From positions 243,841 through 307,840 of the IMG/VR virus record IMGVR_UViG_3300041809_000571: 64,000 bases of DNA; one strand, 5' to 3'. The notes below the pieces were generated by a model. It did not search any database. It was given only the letters and a program-made list of their open reading frames with translations, and was not told where the DNA came from. Below, in pieces: positions 36,982-46,355 of the stretch; position 1 is the stretch's first letter; each line of letters starts with the position of its first letter. The position numbers were made by a program, and so were the translations under genes. This DNA is from a virus.

Positions 36982-39900
36982 TGGGAGCACCTTTCACATC
37001 AGCGCTGCAACAAGCCCAAACGTGGCCCATCAAGGCCCAAGGGGCGGTACAAAGGTTCAAACCCTTCGGTGACCCGAAGATTGAGAACTTCTACCATAAG
37101 TCTCTTGAAGATGGGCGGCAATTGGAGAAGTCTGTCACCGATGCCAACAACTGGATGATGGAAAAACGGGATATCATCCAAAAGCACATTCAACAGGCAT
37201 TCAACCAAGTTAAGTTGGCGACGGATGGTAAGCTGGACAACCCACCTCGGGCGATAAAATATGGCTATGACATCATCACTTTCATGCAGCAAGTCAATCA
37301 GTTTCAGAGTGAGATTATTGGCCTCGTCAGTGCGGCTACCAAGAACATCGGTATCCTTAGTAGCATGGAGCAGAACATCCTCCAGATGGTACAGGCAAAC
37401 CTCAACGCCATAGCCTCCATGCTTCACGATATTTGCAACTGGGCATTACCAGACCTACCCGCCATCCCCAACCTGTTCTCCGATACCATTTGGAAGTGGA
37501 ACGGGTTTAAGTTCTTTCCCCTAGCGAGCTTTATTCCGCACCCGAACTTCGATACCAACTTTGCTTTTGGGCAATGCCAATTGCACGTTCCAAATGTCAA
37601 CATCCTGCGGAATTTCCCCACCACTAATCAAACCTACAACGGGGTTACATTTGGTACACCACTCTTTGTTCCACCTCTTGGTGGTGTCATACCGAACACG
37701 GGAGTCAATCTTTCTGACCCAGTGTTCATCCAGCAGATGAAGAACACAACCACGGTTCCCGTCTACACGCCGGACCAGAGCTACCCCAATTACTTCAACC
37801 CTCAATCATCAATGCAGGGTAGTTTGCCCAACCCGGCGACGGTCATCAGCAACTATCAGATGCCCCCGGCGACCTATGCGGCAAACATTGTCAGCACCGT
37901 GCCCGCCCTAGCGGGTGATGTTATCGAGCCGACCGACCCGGATTACAGCAACCCCAACCTTCCCGTGCGGCAAGCGACCCTTCGTCAGGACCTCACTCGT
38001 TATGTGACTTTGGGGAATGTGGTGGACAGCAACTTTGACCCCAATCTTACCAGCGCATGGGTATTCTATCTTAGCAGTACTCGGAGTGGGCGTGCCGGTC
38101 AGTGGTTGACCAACTTCGAGGCGGCGTATCAAACCTTTGTTCAGCCGTCCGTGGATTACCTTGCCGCCAATCCCATTCCATGGAATCAAGTATTGCCCGG
38201 AGATGTGCTCAATTCCGGCCCGGCAACCTTGCCTCTCATCGTTTCGTTGATGCCCGCAGGCTCGCCCCCGGTACTCACGGAGACACAGGGTAACACCCTT
38301 TGGAGATTGTCTTATGTCGAAGCCGCCGTGCTCGGATATGTTAGAAACACTACGTGGGATGGGTATGCGGATAATAACTACGTTGGGAGTTTCACCCAAA
38401 CGGATTTGGATTATCAGTCCATCCCCACATCCAGTGCTGCTGGAACCACCACAATTTTACTGGGAGAAGGGGAAGCTGACTACCCTGTTTCCTGTACATT
38501 CCCTACTTCAATCGGTAAAAATCTCCTGTCTGTCATTTCGTTAGCGGATACTCGTATCCAGCTTGACACGAAATACCAGAGTGTCCACCCGCAGTATCGC
38601 TACACCTACGACCAGTTCGCTATTGCCAAGCAGGTGGACCGCTTCACGCAGTTCTGGCGGGACTTCAATGCCAACCTCCAGACACTCCTCGTGCAGGACC
38701 CCTACATCATCGGATTTGTGTGTGCCTACGTTGCCAGCTTAGACTCTGCTATTGACCCACTGGGTAACCCAACTGATTACAACACCGTGCTGACCGACGC
38801 CAGCACCCGCAGCCGGACATGGTCTCCGGGTTTCCCGCTTCTCCCCATTCCGACCGCCCCTATCGTTACCTACTCTCAGAGTGCTTTGCAAGACCCCAAT
38901 CAGACCGGCTGGTACGGCACAACGTTGGACCCGGTTGCCTATCTGTCCCGGCCTGACATACAGGGGCAGACCATCCCCGTACAGATGGCGATGCTCTCTT
39001 GCAATCAGTCCGCCGCCAGCCTCATGGCATATAAGGCAAACATTCAGCAGGCATTCTCCGATGCCATTACCACGGTGCAACAGCAGATTCAGGGAGCACA
39101 GAACTTTGGATTTCAGGTGGAGTCAAACGCTGCTTACACGCTCGTCCCCACAGGAGTCTATGGGGCTGAGGTGGTGTTTGACCAAGTGGACTTCGACCTG
39201 ACGGGGTACGTCTCCCTCAGCCCACCCGTTTATACCATCACAGCGCCGGGTGCTTACGCCGTCACGGGGCAGCTTAATTGGGAGGCGGGGGACGCCGGGA
39301 TTAGAACAGTCACCGTTTACGTCCAATATGCCTCTGGGTCTCCTCCGACGCCGGTTGCCATTATTACCGAGTCTTCACCCCTCAATCAAACGGGTCCATT
39401 CATCCTGCCGTTCAGCGGGACCTTCAATTTTAACGTGGGGGATATCTTGACGGTGGTTGCTACCCACGGATTGTCCACTCCCCAGCAGGTGGGACCGGGC
39501 AGCCTGTTCAGTGCTGTCATCTATCAGAACACACCGGACAATACCCCGGTTGCCCCGCCCTCGCCCACCTCGGGAGGAACTCAGACATTGACGGCGGATG
39601 CCGATATGGCAATGCTGACGGCGGTCTACGTGGACGGCTCGGGAGGAGTCGTACCGGTTGACCCCACGGGTGTGACGCCGGGGCCGTCTCTGTCCCCGCC
39701 GTTCTTCTACGATGTGTACCCGTATATCGACGGTGTAACTTTAGCTGATGTCACCACCGGTAACACGGTGACTATCGCTGTGGGCTATGGTTCGGCATTC
39801 CAAATCCCCGGTGCAAACTTCATTCCCGGAGGACTTCTATACGCTGGACCCGGAGGCGTGCTATCTCAAGATTTTAATGATGTTATACTATCTGACTGCA

Positions 39901-40016
39901 AGTGGATAATCGTTGCCGGACGGGCGCTGGACAGTCAGACTTTCCTTTATGAACCTCATATCCCCACAAGGACAATCTTCGCCGACCCCCCGGCTAGCCC
40001 CCCGTTTTCATTTTAG
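36981..40016 (+). CDS. putative virion structural protein (1011 aa)
   Basis: Long ORF with a start/stop overlap to the upstream gene. Confidence 0.45.
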   Translation: MGAPFTSALQQAQTWPIKAQGAVQRFKPFGDPKIENFYHKSLEDGRQLEKSVTDANNWMMEKRDIIQKHIQQAFNQVKLATDGKLDNPPRAIKYGYDIITFMQQVNQFQSEIIGLVSAATKNIGILSSMEQNILQMVQANLNAIASMLHDICNWALPDLPAIPNLFSDTIWKWNGFKFFPLASFIPHPNFDTNFAFGQCQLHVPNVNILRNFPTTNQTYNGVTFGTPLFVPPLGGVIPNTGVNLSDPVFIQQMKNTTTVPVYTPDQSYPNYFNPQSSMQGSLPNPATVISNYQMPPATYAANIVSTVPALAGDVIEPTDPDYSNPNLPVRQATLRQDLTRYVTLGNVVDSNFDPNLTSAWVFYLSSTRSGRAGQWLTNFEAAYQTFVQPSVDYLAANPIPWNQVLPGDVLNSGPATLPLIVSLMPAGSPPVLTETQGNTLWRLSYVEAAVLGYVRNTTWDGYADNNYVGSFTQTDLDYQSIPTSSAAGTTTILLGEGEADYPVSCTFPTSIGKNLLSVISLADTRIQLDTKYQSVHPQYRYTYDQFAIAKQVDRFTQFWRDFNANLQTLLVQDPYIIGFVCAYVASLDSAIDPLGNPTDYNTVLTDASTRSRTWSPGFPLLPIPTAPIVTYSQSALQDPNQTGWYGTTLDPVAYLSRPDIQGQTIPVQMAMLSCNQSAASLMAYKANIQQAFSDAITTVQQQIQGAQNFGFQVESNAAYTLVPTGVYGAEVVFDQVDFDLTGYVSLSPPVYTITAPGAYAVTGQLNWEAGDAGIRTVTVYVQYASGSPPTPVAIITESSPLNQTGPFILPFSGTFNFNVGDILTVVATHGLSTPQQVGPGSLFSAVIYQNTPDNTPVAPPSPTSGGTQTLTADADMAMLTAVYVDGSGGVVPVDPTGVTPGPSLSPPFFYDVYPYIDGVTLADVTTGNTVTIAVGYGSAFQIPGANFIPGGLLYAGPGGVLSQDFNDVILSDCKWIIVAGRALDSQTFLYEPHIPTRTIFADPPASPPFSF

Positions 40017-40041
40017 ACAAATAGCCTGATTGTTTTAACTT

Positions 40042-40055
40042 TTTGCCCGAGATGC
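40042..40055 (+). promoter_or_regulatory. Promoter-like motif ATGCAGTATTGTCC (plus-strand version of the CAGTATTAT family) upstream of the lysis cassette
   Basis: About 107 nt upstream of the RlpA-like gene, in the first sizeable intergenic gap of the structural block. Confidence 0.3.
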
Positions 40056-40161
40056 AGTATTGTCCAACTATGGAATGTAAAACTGTATGCACTCTAGTCA
40101 GCCCGTCTGGACGGAAAGGAGAGTAAGAAAAGGCGGAATTTCGTAGTAAAAAGGAGGAAAT

Positions 40162-40896
40162 TTGAGCAGAATCACTCTATTTCTACTCGTCCTCTTGACG
40201 CTTTCGGGCATTGCCTTGCCAGCTATGCCACAGTCTGCCGAGATAAAATGGGATTCACTCGGACAGGCGTCTTCCTATGGGAAAGAACGTCAAGGGAAAC
40301 TTACTTCCAGTGGGGAAGTGTTTGATTATCACAAACTTACCGCAGCACACCGTACCCTGCCTTTCGGGAGCATCGTGCTCGTAACCAACCTGCGCAACAA
40401 CAAACAGGTGAAGGTGAGGATTAACGACCGTGGACCGGGGATACCCAAGCGCATCATTGATGTCTCCACGGCGGCTGCGAACCGGCTCGGCTTTGACGGA
40501 TTGACAGATGCCAAAATCGAGGTCCTCTATTACGGAGAGGTTACACCGGATTACTTTTACCTCGCTTTGAATTGTAGGGCGGGGCAGCCGGATTGGAAAC
40601 CGTGTGCGTCTCGCTTAACAAGACCACCCGGAGACAGTATTAAACCACAGGAGAGATTTCATGAGAATCCTAGTCTTGCAGGACGACCTGCACAAGTACC
40701 TAGCGTTCGTGGTGGAGTCCTACGCTCGGCGGGGAATCGACCCGGAGGAAGGACAGTCGCTCTTCTATCTTCACAAAGCCATCGGAGCCGCCCGGTTGAT
40801 ACCCGACGACCAAGTAGCCAAAGTGGGCGTCAACGACTCGGGGAACGCCACGTTGTCAGTAGAATCGAAGAACGGGGAGACGGTAGAGGGGGGTAA
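40162..40896 (+). CDS. RlpA-like double-psi beta-barrel (DPBB) protein with a signal peptide (endolysin/lytic accessory)
   Basis: TTG start after AGGAGG. MSRITLFLLVLLTLSGIALPA is signal-peptide-like, and GEVFDYHKLTAAHRTLPFGSIVLVTNLRNNKQVKVRINDRGPG closely matches the RlpA DPBB domain. The C-terminal third is low-complexity and overlaps the next ORF, so the true stop or a frameshift is uncertain. Confidence 0.65.
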   Translation: MSRITLFLLVLLTLSGIALPAMPQSAEIKWDSLGQASSYGKERQGKLTSSGEVFDYHKLTAAHRTLPFGSIVLVTNLRNNKQVKVRINDRGPGIPKRIIDVSTAAANRLGFDGLTDAKIEVLYYGEVTPDYFYLALNCRAGQPDWKPCASRLTRPPGDSIKPQERFHENPSLAGRPAQVPSVRGGVLRSAGNRPGGRTVALLSSQSHRSRPVDTRRPSSQSGRQRLGERHVVSRIEERGDGRGG

Positions 40897-40927
40897 ACCC
40901 CCCGTAGGTGTTACGGAGGTTGACTAA
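40661..40927 (+). CDS. small hypothetical protein (overlaps the 3' part of the RlpA-like ORF in another frame)
   Basis: 88-aa ORF with a good RBS CAGGAGAGATTTC-ATG. Confidence 0.35.
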   Translation: MRILVLQDDLHKYLAFVVESYARRGIDPEEGQSLFYLHKAIGAARLIPDDQVAKVGVNDSGNATLSVESKNGETVEGGKPPVGVTEVD

Positions 40928-41250
40928 TGGGATGCAGTGACCGTTGGGATGACCCTTCGCCGGAAGAACTGGCGAAGGAGAAAAAGGAAGAAGAGTTCCA
41001 AGAATTGGTTGGCGCTCTTCATGGCAGAATCCTAAAGAAGAACTGCGCCACTTTCAGTGCTGAGGAGTTACGGCGGCTTATCAACATGCCCTCGTGCCCC
41101 TTTGCCTACTCCGTTCCCAAGTACACGGAGGTTGACCGGGCTTTCCTGCTACGCATGGAAAAACGGCACGTGGGGGTCATGAGCATGGACCATGAGGCAT
41201 GGATGCGTGACCAAAAGAAAAAGGACAGAGGGTGTCCGGGGATAGGCTAA
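40927..41250 (+). CDS. hypothetical protein
   Basis: 107-aa ORF. Confidence 0.3.
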   Translation: MGCSDRWDDPSPEELAKEKKEEEFQELVGALHGRILKKNCATFSAEELRRLINMPSCPFAYSVPKYTEVDRAFLLRMEKRHVGVMSMDHEAWMRDQKKKDRGCPGIG

Positions 41251-41445
41251 TGGGTGAATTCAAAGACCGATTCGGTTTGGGATGGATGAAACCTCAGCAC
41301 AGACCCACGGTAGAGAAGTGTGTGAAATATCACCTTCCCAGTGGGGATTTGATTATCGCCTCGGAGGCGTGCGGCGGCGTGGTAGAAACCAACATGCGCA
41401 CGGGCAAAAACACCTACGTTGCAGCCACTCTCGGAGATTACATCG

Positions 41446-41901
41446 TTAGGCTGACTGGGGTGATTGAGGTGTGTCCGGTGTCTTGAACTCCGCCTCCTCC
41501 GCTAACCGCCGCCGTAGCAAACCGGCCACTACTTGACTGTTGACGTGGTCCCACTTCTCGAACTCGGCAGCGGCATGAGCGAAGTCTCCCGTGTTGACTA
41601 ACTTTAGCAGGGTTGACACCCGGAGATTTCCCACGCCGCAGTTGAAGGCAAAATCCACCAAGGCATCATACTCACCCTGCGTCAGGGGAATTTTCACCAA
41701 GGCTTGTACACCCGTCTCGGCTACCGCCATATCAGTACGGAGCCAGATTTCTGCCTGTTCCTGCGTGCAGGTCATCCCCGGCCCCACGAGGTGGGTATGA
41801 CCGTATCCTATGGTCCACACACCGCCTGTGTCTTGGTAAGAGGTGAGCCTGCATCCTTCAAACCCCTCTGTAAGCTGTATTCCCTTTTTAGAGTATTGCA
41901 T
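41446..41901 (-). CDS. Phage lysozyme, glycoside hydrolase family 24 (T4 e-like)
   Basis: MQYSKKGIQLTEGFEGCRLTSYQDTGGVWTIGYGHT carries the catalytic Glu in the EGFEG context plus D and T, the canonical GH24 N-terminal signature. Confidence 0.8.
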   Translation of the reverse strand: MQYSKKGIQLTEGFEGCRLTSYQDTGGVWTIGYGHTHLVGPGMTCTQEQAEIWLRTDMAVAETGVQALVKIPLTQGEYDALVDFAFNCGVGNLRVSTLLKLVNTGDFAHAAAEFEKWDHVNSQVVAGLLRRRLAEEAEFKTPDTPQSPQSA

Positions 41902-41917
41902 TTTTCCTCCTCAATTC

Positions 41918-42472
41918 CTACACGGCTATGTCTAAATACGCCGTATCTTGAGTAAAATCTATGTGTACCACCATATGGCTGGCGGAACCCATGGGGGGCG
42001 AAAGCCCAATATCCTCTGCCCCTGCATCCGGCACATACGTCACCGAGATGATTCCATTGGCATAAGCCAGCTTGGAGGGGGTGTACCCTATCAAAGACGA
42101 GGGAAAGTTGGGGTTATTTAGTGCGAAGTTGTTGGTAAGAAGTAAGTTATCCCCCAGAAGAAACGTCATCCACAGCGCCAGAGCCGGGCTGCTCTCATCA
42201 AGAATTGTCAGGTTGGCTCTCCCGAGAAGGACCAGACCGTAGGCCGGGAAGGCCCCAGCCACTCCCCGGTAGGGGCCTGAACCCTCAGAGTACCAAGAAG
42301 CAACAGTGGGAGGCGATAAATCCTCTACGCCGTTCGTATAATGGGAGCCGTTGAAGGCAAAGCCATTGTGCCCGTTCTGCTCGGGAAAGTAAAAAGAGTC
42401 GCTGTTCGACTGCTGGATGAGGGCAGTGGCGACGATGGGTTGAGAAATGTAACCGTATGGGACGACAGCCAT
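41918..42472 (-). CDS. hypothetical protein
   Basis: Start at the internal Met with AAGGA 7 nt upstream. The longer form to 42637 would overlap the tailspike gene start. Confidence 0.35.
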   Translation of the reverse strand: MAVVPYGYISQPIVATALIQQSNSDSFYFPEQNGHNGFAFNGSHYTNGVEDLSPPTVASWYSEGSGPYRGVAGAFPAYGLVLLGRANLTILDESSPALALWMTFLLGDNLLLTNNFALNNPNFPSSLIGYTPSKLAYANGIISVTYVPDAGAEDIGLSPPMGSASHMVVHIDFTQDTAYLDIAV

Positions 42473-42530
42473 TTGAAATCCTTTGACTTTGCTCCTACTA
42501 ATTAGATGGAAAGTCTCGGCGTAGGTGCCT

Positions 42531-45500
42531 ATGTTTGAATATCCTTCGGTGGTTTCCAGAACGTTAGACCCGACCGGCAAAAGTCTTTTGACCGTCGTCG
42601 GATTGCATGACCATGAGATTTCGGACGCCGATGTCAACCTGATACAGGACCTTCAAAGGTTGCAGCGCCAACAGCTTGTAAAGGACAGTCCCGTTACCTC
42701 TGGATTCCTCACATGGAGTCCCATGGTTTTCAATACCACGGTTGCCAACACCTTCACTGTTCCGCAAGCGGATGTTCTCTTCAACGGAGAGGTGGTCACC
42801 ATGACCGGCTCCCTGTCCGCCAATCAGGCCCTTAACCAAGTGGTCCTGCCTGCCCCCCTCTTTTGGACTACCTACACGGCGGATGAACCGGCGAGAATCT
42901 ACGTCGTTTTTCTGGAGCTTTGGTATCAATCACTTGACCCCACGACCGGAGTTGGATACTATGTTGACCCGACCACGAATCTGAATTATTTCTACCCCTA
43001 CGGTTGCGTGACACCCAACGCCGCTTTCCTCGAATCCATCCCGGATGACTCAGTGGACGTATTCAACAACGGACTCTACACGACCCAGCGTGCCCAGATA
43101 CAGTGGCGGCTTAATGTCCAGCGAGTCGGACTTTCCTATGACTTTACCCGTTTCCGTTACGGCATTGACCCCTCGGGTGCCGGAACCAATCAGGCTGTTT
43201 ATGCACAAGCCAGCTTGGCCTCCCCCGTCACCGGCAATACTACCTTCCAATTTCAGAATCTTGGAACCGTGACGGGAGACACTGGCATTTGGCGGGCAGG
43301 AGATGGAGACCCCACCAACCTGTTGGGCACCATGGACGGCTACAGCTACGCTATGCCGGTTGCCGTGGTCTTCCAACGCAACTCTGGTCCCTTCTCCTTG
43401 GGAAGCAACATCTTCGGGTGTGCCAATGCCCTCAACGCCAACTCCGGTCTCATCGTTTATGGTCTCTCGGGACGGTATGATTCTCGTCTGGCAGACCAGA
43501 TATTCGCCGACGATACTGTGGATACACGCCAGTCGGTAAGCCAAGATAGCTGGGACTACGAAAAGCTCATCGGTGAGGGATTCGTGGACCTCATCAGCGG
43601 TAACCTGCGGAGCACTATCGGCAGAGGACAATCGCCCGGCATGAGCGTCTCCGCTCTCGGGTCCACGCTTGACTACTACGTCTCCATGGCCCCCAGTGTA
43701 ATCATCGGTAGCAATACCGTGGGAGCTTGGGATGGTTTCTCCAACGGATTTAGCAGTGACGCTCGGACCTTCTATGTAACCAAGCAAATCAGCATAAACG
43801 GTACTGCCAGCACCCCCGCTAATCCGAATGGCACCTCGGGGACCATCGGTAAGTCCGTGGGTACACCGGGAGCGGCATGGGCGCAGAATGATGCCTTCAC
43901 TGTCAGCCTCCCGGCAAACACCGTGGCAACCATCACCTCAGCCTTTGTGCAGGGATTTAACCTTGTGGGAGGAATCAAGAATTCCATCAACCTTCTTTCC
44001 GGGCAGATTCTCATCACCGGCCTGAACTCAAAGACCATCATCGTATCATTCCCGAACAACCTTTACGGGACACCCTTCGACCCCGGAGCGAACAACCTTT
44101 ACGTTACCCTCGGCATCAGTTACCCGGCTGGCGGAGCGGCAAACCTTATCCAGACTCCCTTCGCTGTGGACGGCGGTATCCTGTATGACTATACCAGTGG
44201 CACGACTCTTCCCGTCTACGGCGTGTCGGAGTACTCCATTCAGACACAGCAAATCTCTTCGGAGGCTTATCAGGTTTGGACATTCAACCCCGAGTATTCT
44301 AACGTAGCCTTCGGGACCCGCATCTATGTGCAGGTCGCCGGTTCCTCGGGAACTCAGCAGACCGTGGCGGGTAGCCCCGTTACAACTTTCATTGTCCCCA
44401 ATCAGAATCTCAATGGGGCTGTCAATGGGTTGTACGTCGTGTCGGCGTTTGACCTCGCCTCGGGCCTATCTTATGCCATCACCTCTCGTACCATAAGCGG
44501 CACCAACTGCATTGTCACCATTCAGGGGGCTGTATCCCTCACCAGTACCGTGGTCATGTCCTTCATGGCGCAGAATACGGCGCAGGCGGCATTCAATGCC
44601 CCGGTGAAGGGCATTACGGAAATCGAGGAGACCGTCCTTTTCGGTAATCTTCCCCCCGCTCTTTCCACTCTCAGGATGGACCCGAGGGTGGTTGTAGAAT
44701 CCATCTCTTACAGCAATGTCACGAATGTCAGCACAGTGGTTCTCGCCGCCAAGGGATGTACCATTAAGGGAATCTCTGGGGATGATGTTATCAAGATGGT
44801 ATGGGCGGTGGGACAATCCAACAACCTTAACGCTGTGCCCATCTCCACGGCAGATTTCAACAACGGTCTGGTCATCATCACCATACCGGGAGTTAACCTT
44901 GACCCGAACAATGGAGGAGCCTACTCTTTCTTTGTCGGCTCCATCCTTCCCGCTTTCGACCCCAACTCCACCTTCACGGTGGAAGAGCGGTATGTTCCCT
45001 ATCAGGGGGAGGGGGTTTTGACTCGTCAGTACGAAATCCTCTACACCATTGATAACGCCCTCATCACTACCAACGGTGCCGGGGCGGCTCCGCAGGTCGG
45101 ACTCTCGGATGTGTACCCGTATAACCGGGAGTTACCCGTTGCCATTCCGCTACCGAGGTTGGTCAGTTGGCCGGATTCCGGTCTCGCCAATATTCCGTTG
45201 GCAACCTTCTTCGATAGCAACTATGTGGCAATGCGGCAGAATAACGTGGAGACTACCTTCGAGGCCCCGCTGCATACTAACGATTTCATCCTGCCCATGA
45301 ACAAGGATATCAGGAAGGTCGTTACCCTCCTACAAGGTGGGACAGGCGGCAGAGGGTTTGGGCAGTCTAATCCCCATGTCGGGTTTGCCATTGCCCCGCC
45401 AACTCCGAAGACGGTACTTGGTCAGAACTTGCAGGCGACCGTTGCTCCCATCGTTCTGTATGTGAACAATGTAAGCGGCAACGACTCCAATGATGGTCTG

Positions 45501-46346
45501 GACCCGACTACGCCGAAGCTCACCATCACAGCGGCAGTAAACAGCCTGCCTCCGGTCCTCCGTCACCCCTGTTCCATTCAACTCATCACCACGGGTATAG
45601 CGTATAACATAACTAGCCTCGCTTCCACTTTGCAGGTAATCGCTCTTGGTGATGGAACACTTCGCACCGCCAAGTGGTACGCTCTTGCTAATCTCGCCTT
45701 CTCCATTCAGGAAGAGGGACGTATCGTCATCACTAGCACGGCGAGTGCTACCAGTCCTATTGTCATCGACGCCACAGGATTCAGTGGGTTCGGCGATGGG
45801 CCGACTTCGGCGTTCTTCGTAGACAACAGCCGGGTGTTGTTCAACAACATCCAGTTCCAAGGATTTGTCAATCCCGCTGTTTACGGTATTGACTCCGATA
45901 TAGAGTTTGTGTCCTGTGTGTTTATCAACAATGCACAGGCGGGTGGGTTCGAGCAGGGATGCGGCGTTATTATGACTGGAGGTTCGGTCAGCTTGCCGAC
46001 TTCCGGCACCGGCTTTGTCTTGTCCCAGTCGGAGCTTACTGTATCCGGTGTGGCCCTTGCCGTAGCGGTCGGGGCTACCCCCGGAGCTTTCTTCATCGCA
46101 GAGCGGTCCTCCTGCACCAACCTATCTATGCACGGAACCGGAGCCGGTCAGGAGACAAACATTGCTCCCAGTACGGTTGTGGCTTACGCTCAGCTTAACT
46201 CCACCATCGTGGCGGACAGCACTTTCCAGACCGCAGGTGCAGCTAATCTGACGGCAAATTCGATATTGTCTCGTTCTGTGACTATCGACCCGTTCAATGG
46301 AGGAATTACCACGGACTCTACTTCGTCAGTGGTTACCCAGATATAG
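42531..46346 (+). CDS. Tailspike-like protein with a C-terminal right-handed beta-helix (putative depolymerase)
   Basis: 1273 aa. YVNNVSGNDSNDGLDPTTPKLTITAAVNSLP is the typical entry motif of pectate-lyase-like beta-helix domains. ATG at 42531 with AGGTG upstream; the track uses GTG at 42525. Confidence 0.5.
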   Translation: MFEYPSVVSRTLDPTGKSLLTVVGLHDHEISDADVNLIQDLQRLQRQQLVKDSPVTSGFLTWSPMVFNTTVANTFTVPQADVLFNGEVVTMTGSLSANQALNQVVLPAPLFWTTYTADEPARIYVVFLELWYQSLDPTTGVGYYVDPTTNLNYFYPYGCVTPNAAFLESIPDDSVDVFNNGLYTTQRAQIQWRLNVQRVGLSYDFTRFRYGIDPSGAGTNQAVYAQASLASPVTGNTTFQFQNLGTVTGDTGIWRAGDGDPTNLLGTMDGYSYAMPVAVVFQRNSGPFSLGSNIFGCANALNANSGLIVYGLSGRYDSRLADQIFADDTVDTRQSVSQDSWDYEKLIGEGFVDLISGNLRSTIGRGQSPGMSVSALGSTLDYYVSMAPSVIIGSNTVGAWDGFSNGFSSDARTFYVTKQISINGTASTPANPNGTSGTIGKSVGTPGAAWAQNDAFTVSLPANTVATITSAFVQGFNLVGGIKNSINLLSGQILITGLNSKTIIVSFPNNLYGTPFDPGANNLYVTLGISYPAGGAANLIQTPFAVDGGILYDYTSGTTLPVYGVSEYSIQTQQISSEAYQVWTFNPEYSNVAFGTRIYVQVAGSSGTQQTVAGSPVTTFIVPNQNLNGAVNGLYVVSAFDLASGLSYAITSRTISGTNCIVTIQGAVSLTSTVVMSFMAQNTAQAAFNAPVKGITEIEETVLFGNLPPALSTLRMDPRVVVESISYSNVTNVSTVVLAAKGCTIKGISGDDVIKMVWAVGQSNNLNAVPISTADFNNGLVIITIPGVNLDPNNGGAYSFFVGSILPAFDPNSTFTVEERYVPYQGEGVLTRQYEILYTIDNALITTNGAGAAPQVGLSDVYPYNRELPVAIPLPRLVSWPDSGLANIPLATFFDSNYVAMRQNNVETTFEAPLHTNDFILPMNKDIRKVVTLLQGGTGGRGFGQSNPHVGFAIAPPTPKTVLGQNLQATVAPIVLYVNNVSGNDSNDGLDPTTPKLTITAAVNSLPPVLRHPCSIQLITTGIAYNITSLASTLQVIALGDGTLRTAKWYALANLAFSIQEEGRIVITSTASATSPIVIDATGFSGFGDGPTSAFFVDNSRVLFNNIQFQGFVNPAVYGIDSDIEFVSCVFINNAQAGGFEQGCGVIMTGGSVSLPTSGTGFVLSQSELTVSGVALAVAVGATPGAFFIAERSSCTNLSMHGTGAGQETNIAPSTVVAYAQLNSTIVADSTFQTAGAANLTANSILSRSVTIDPFNGGITTDSTSSVVTQI

Positions 46347-46355
46347 GATAAACCC

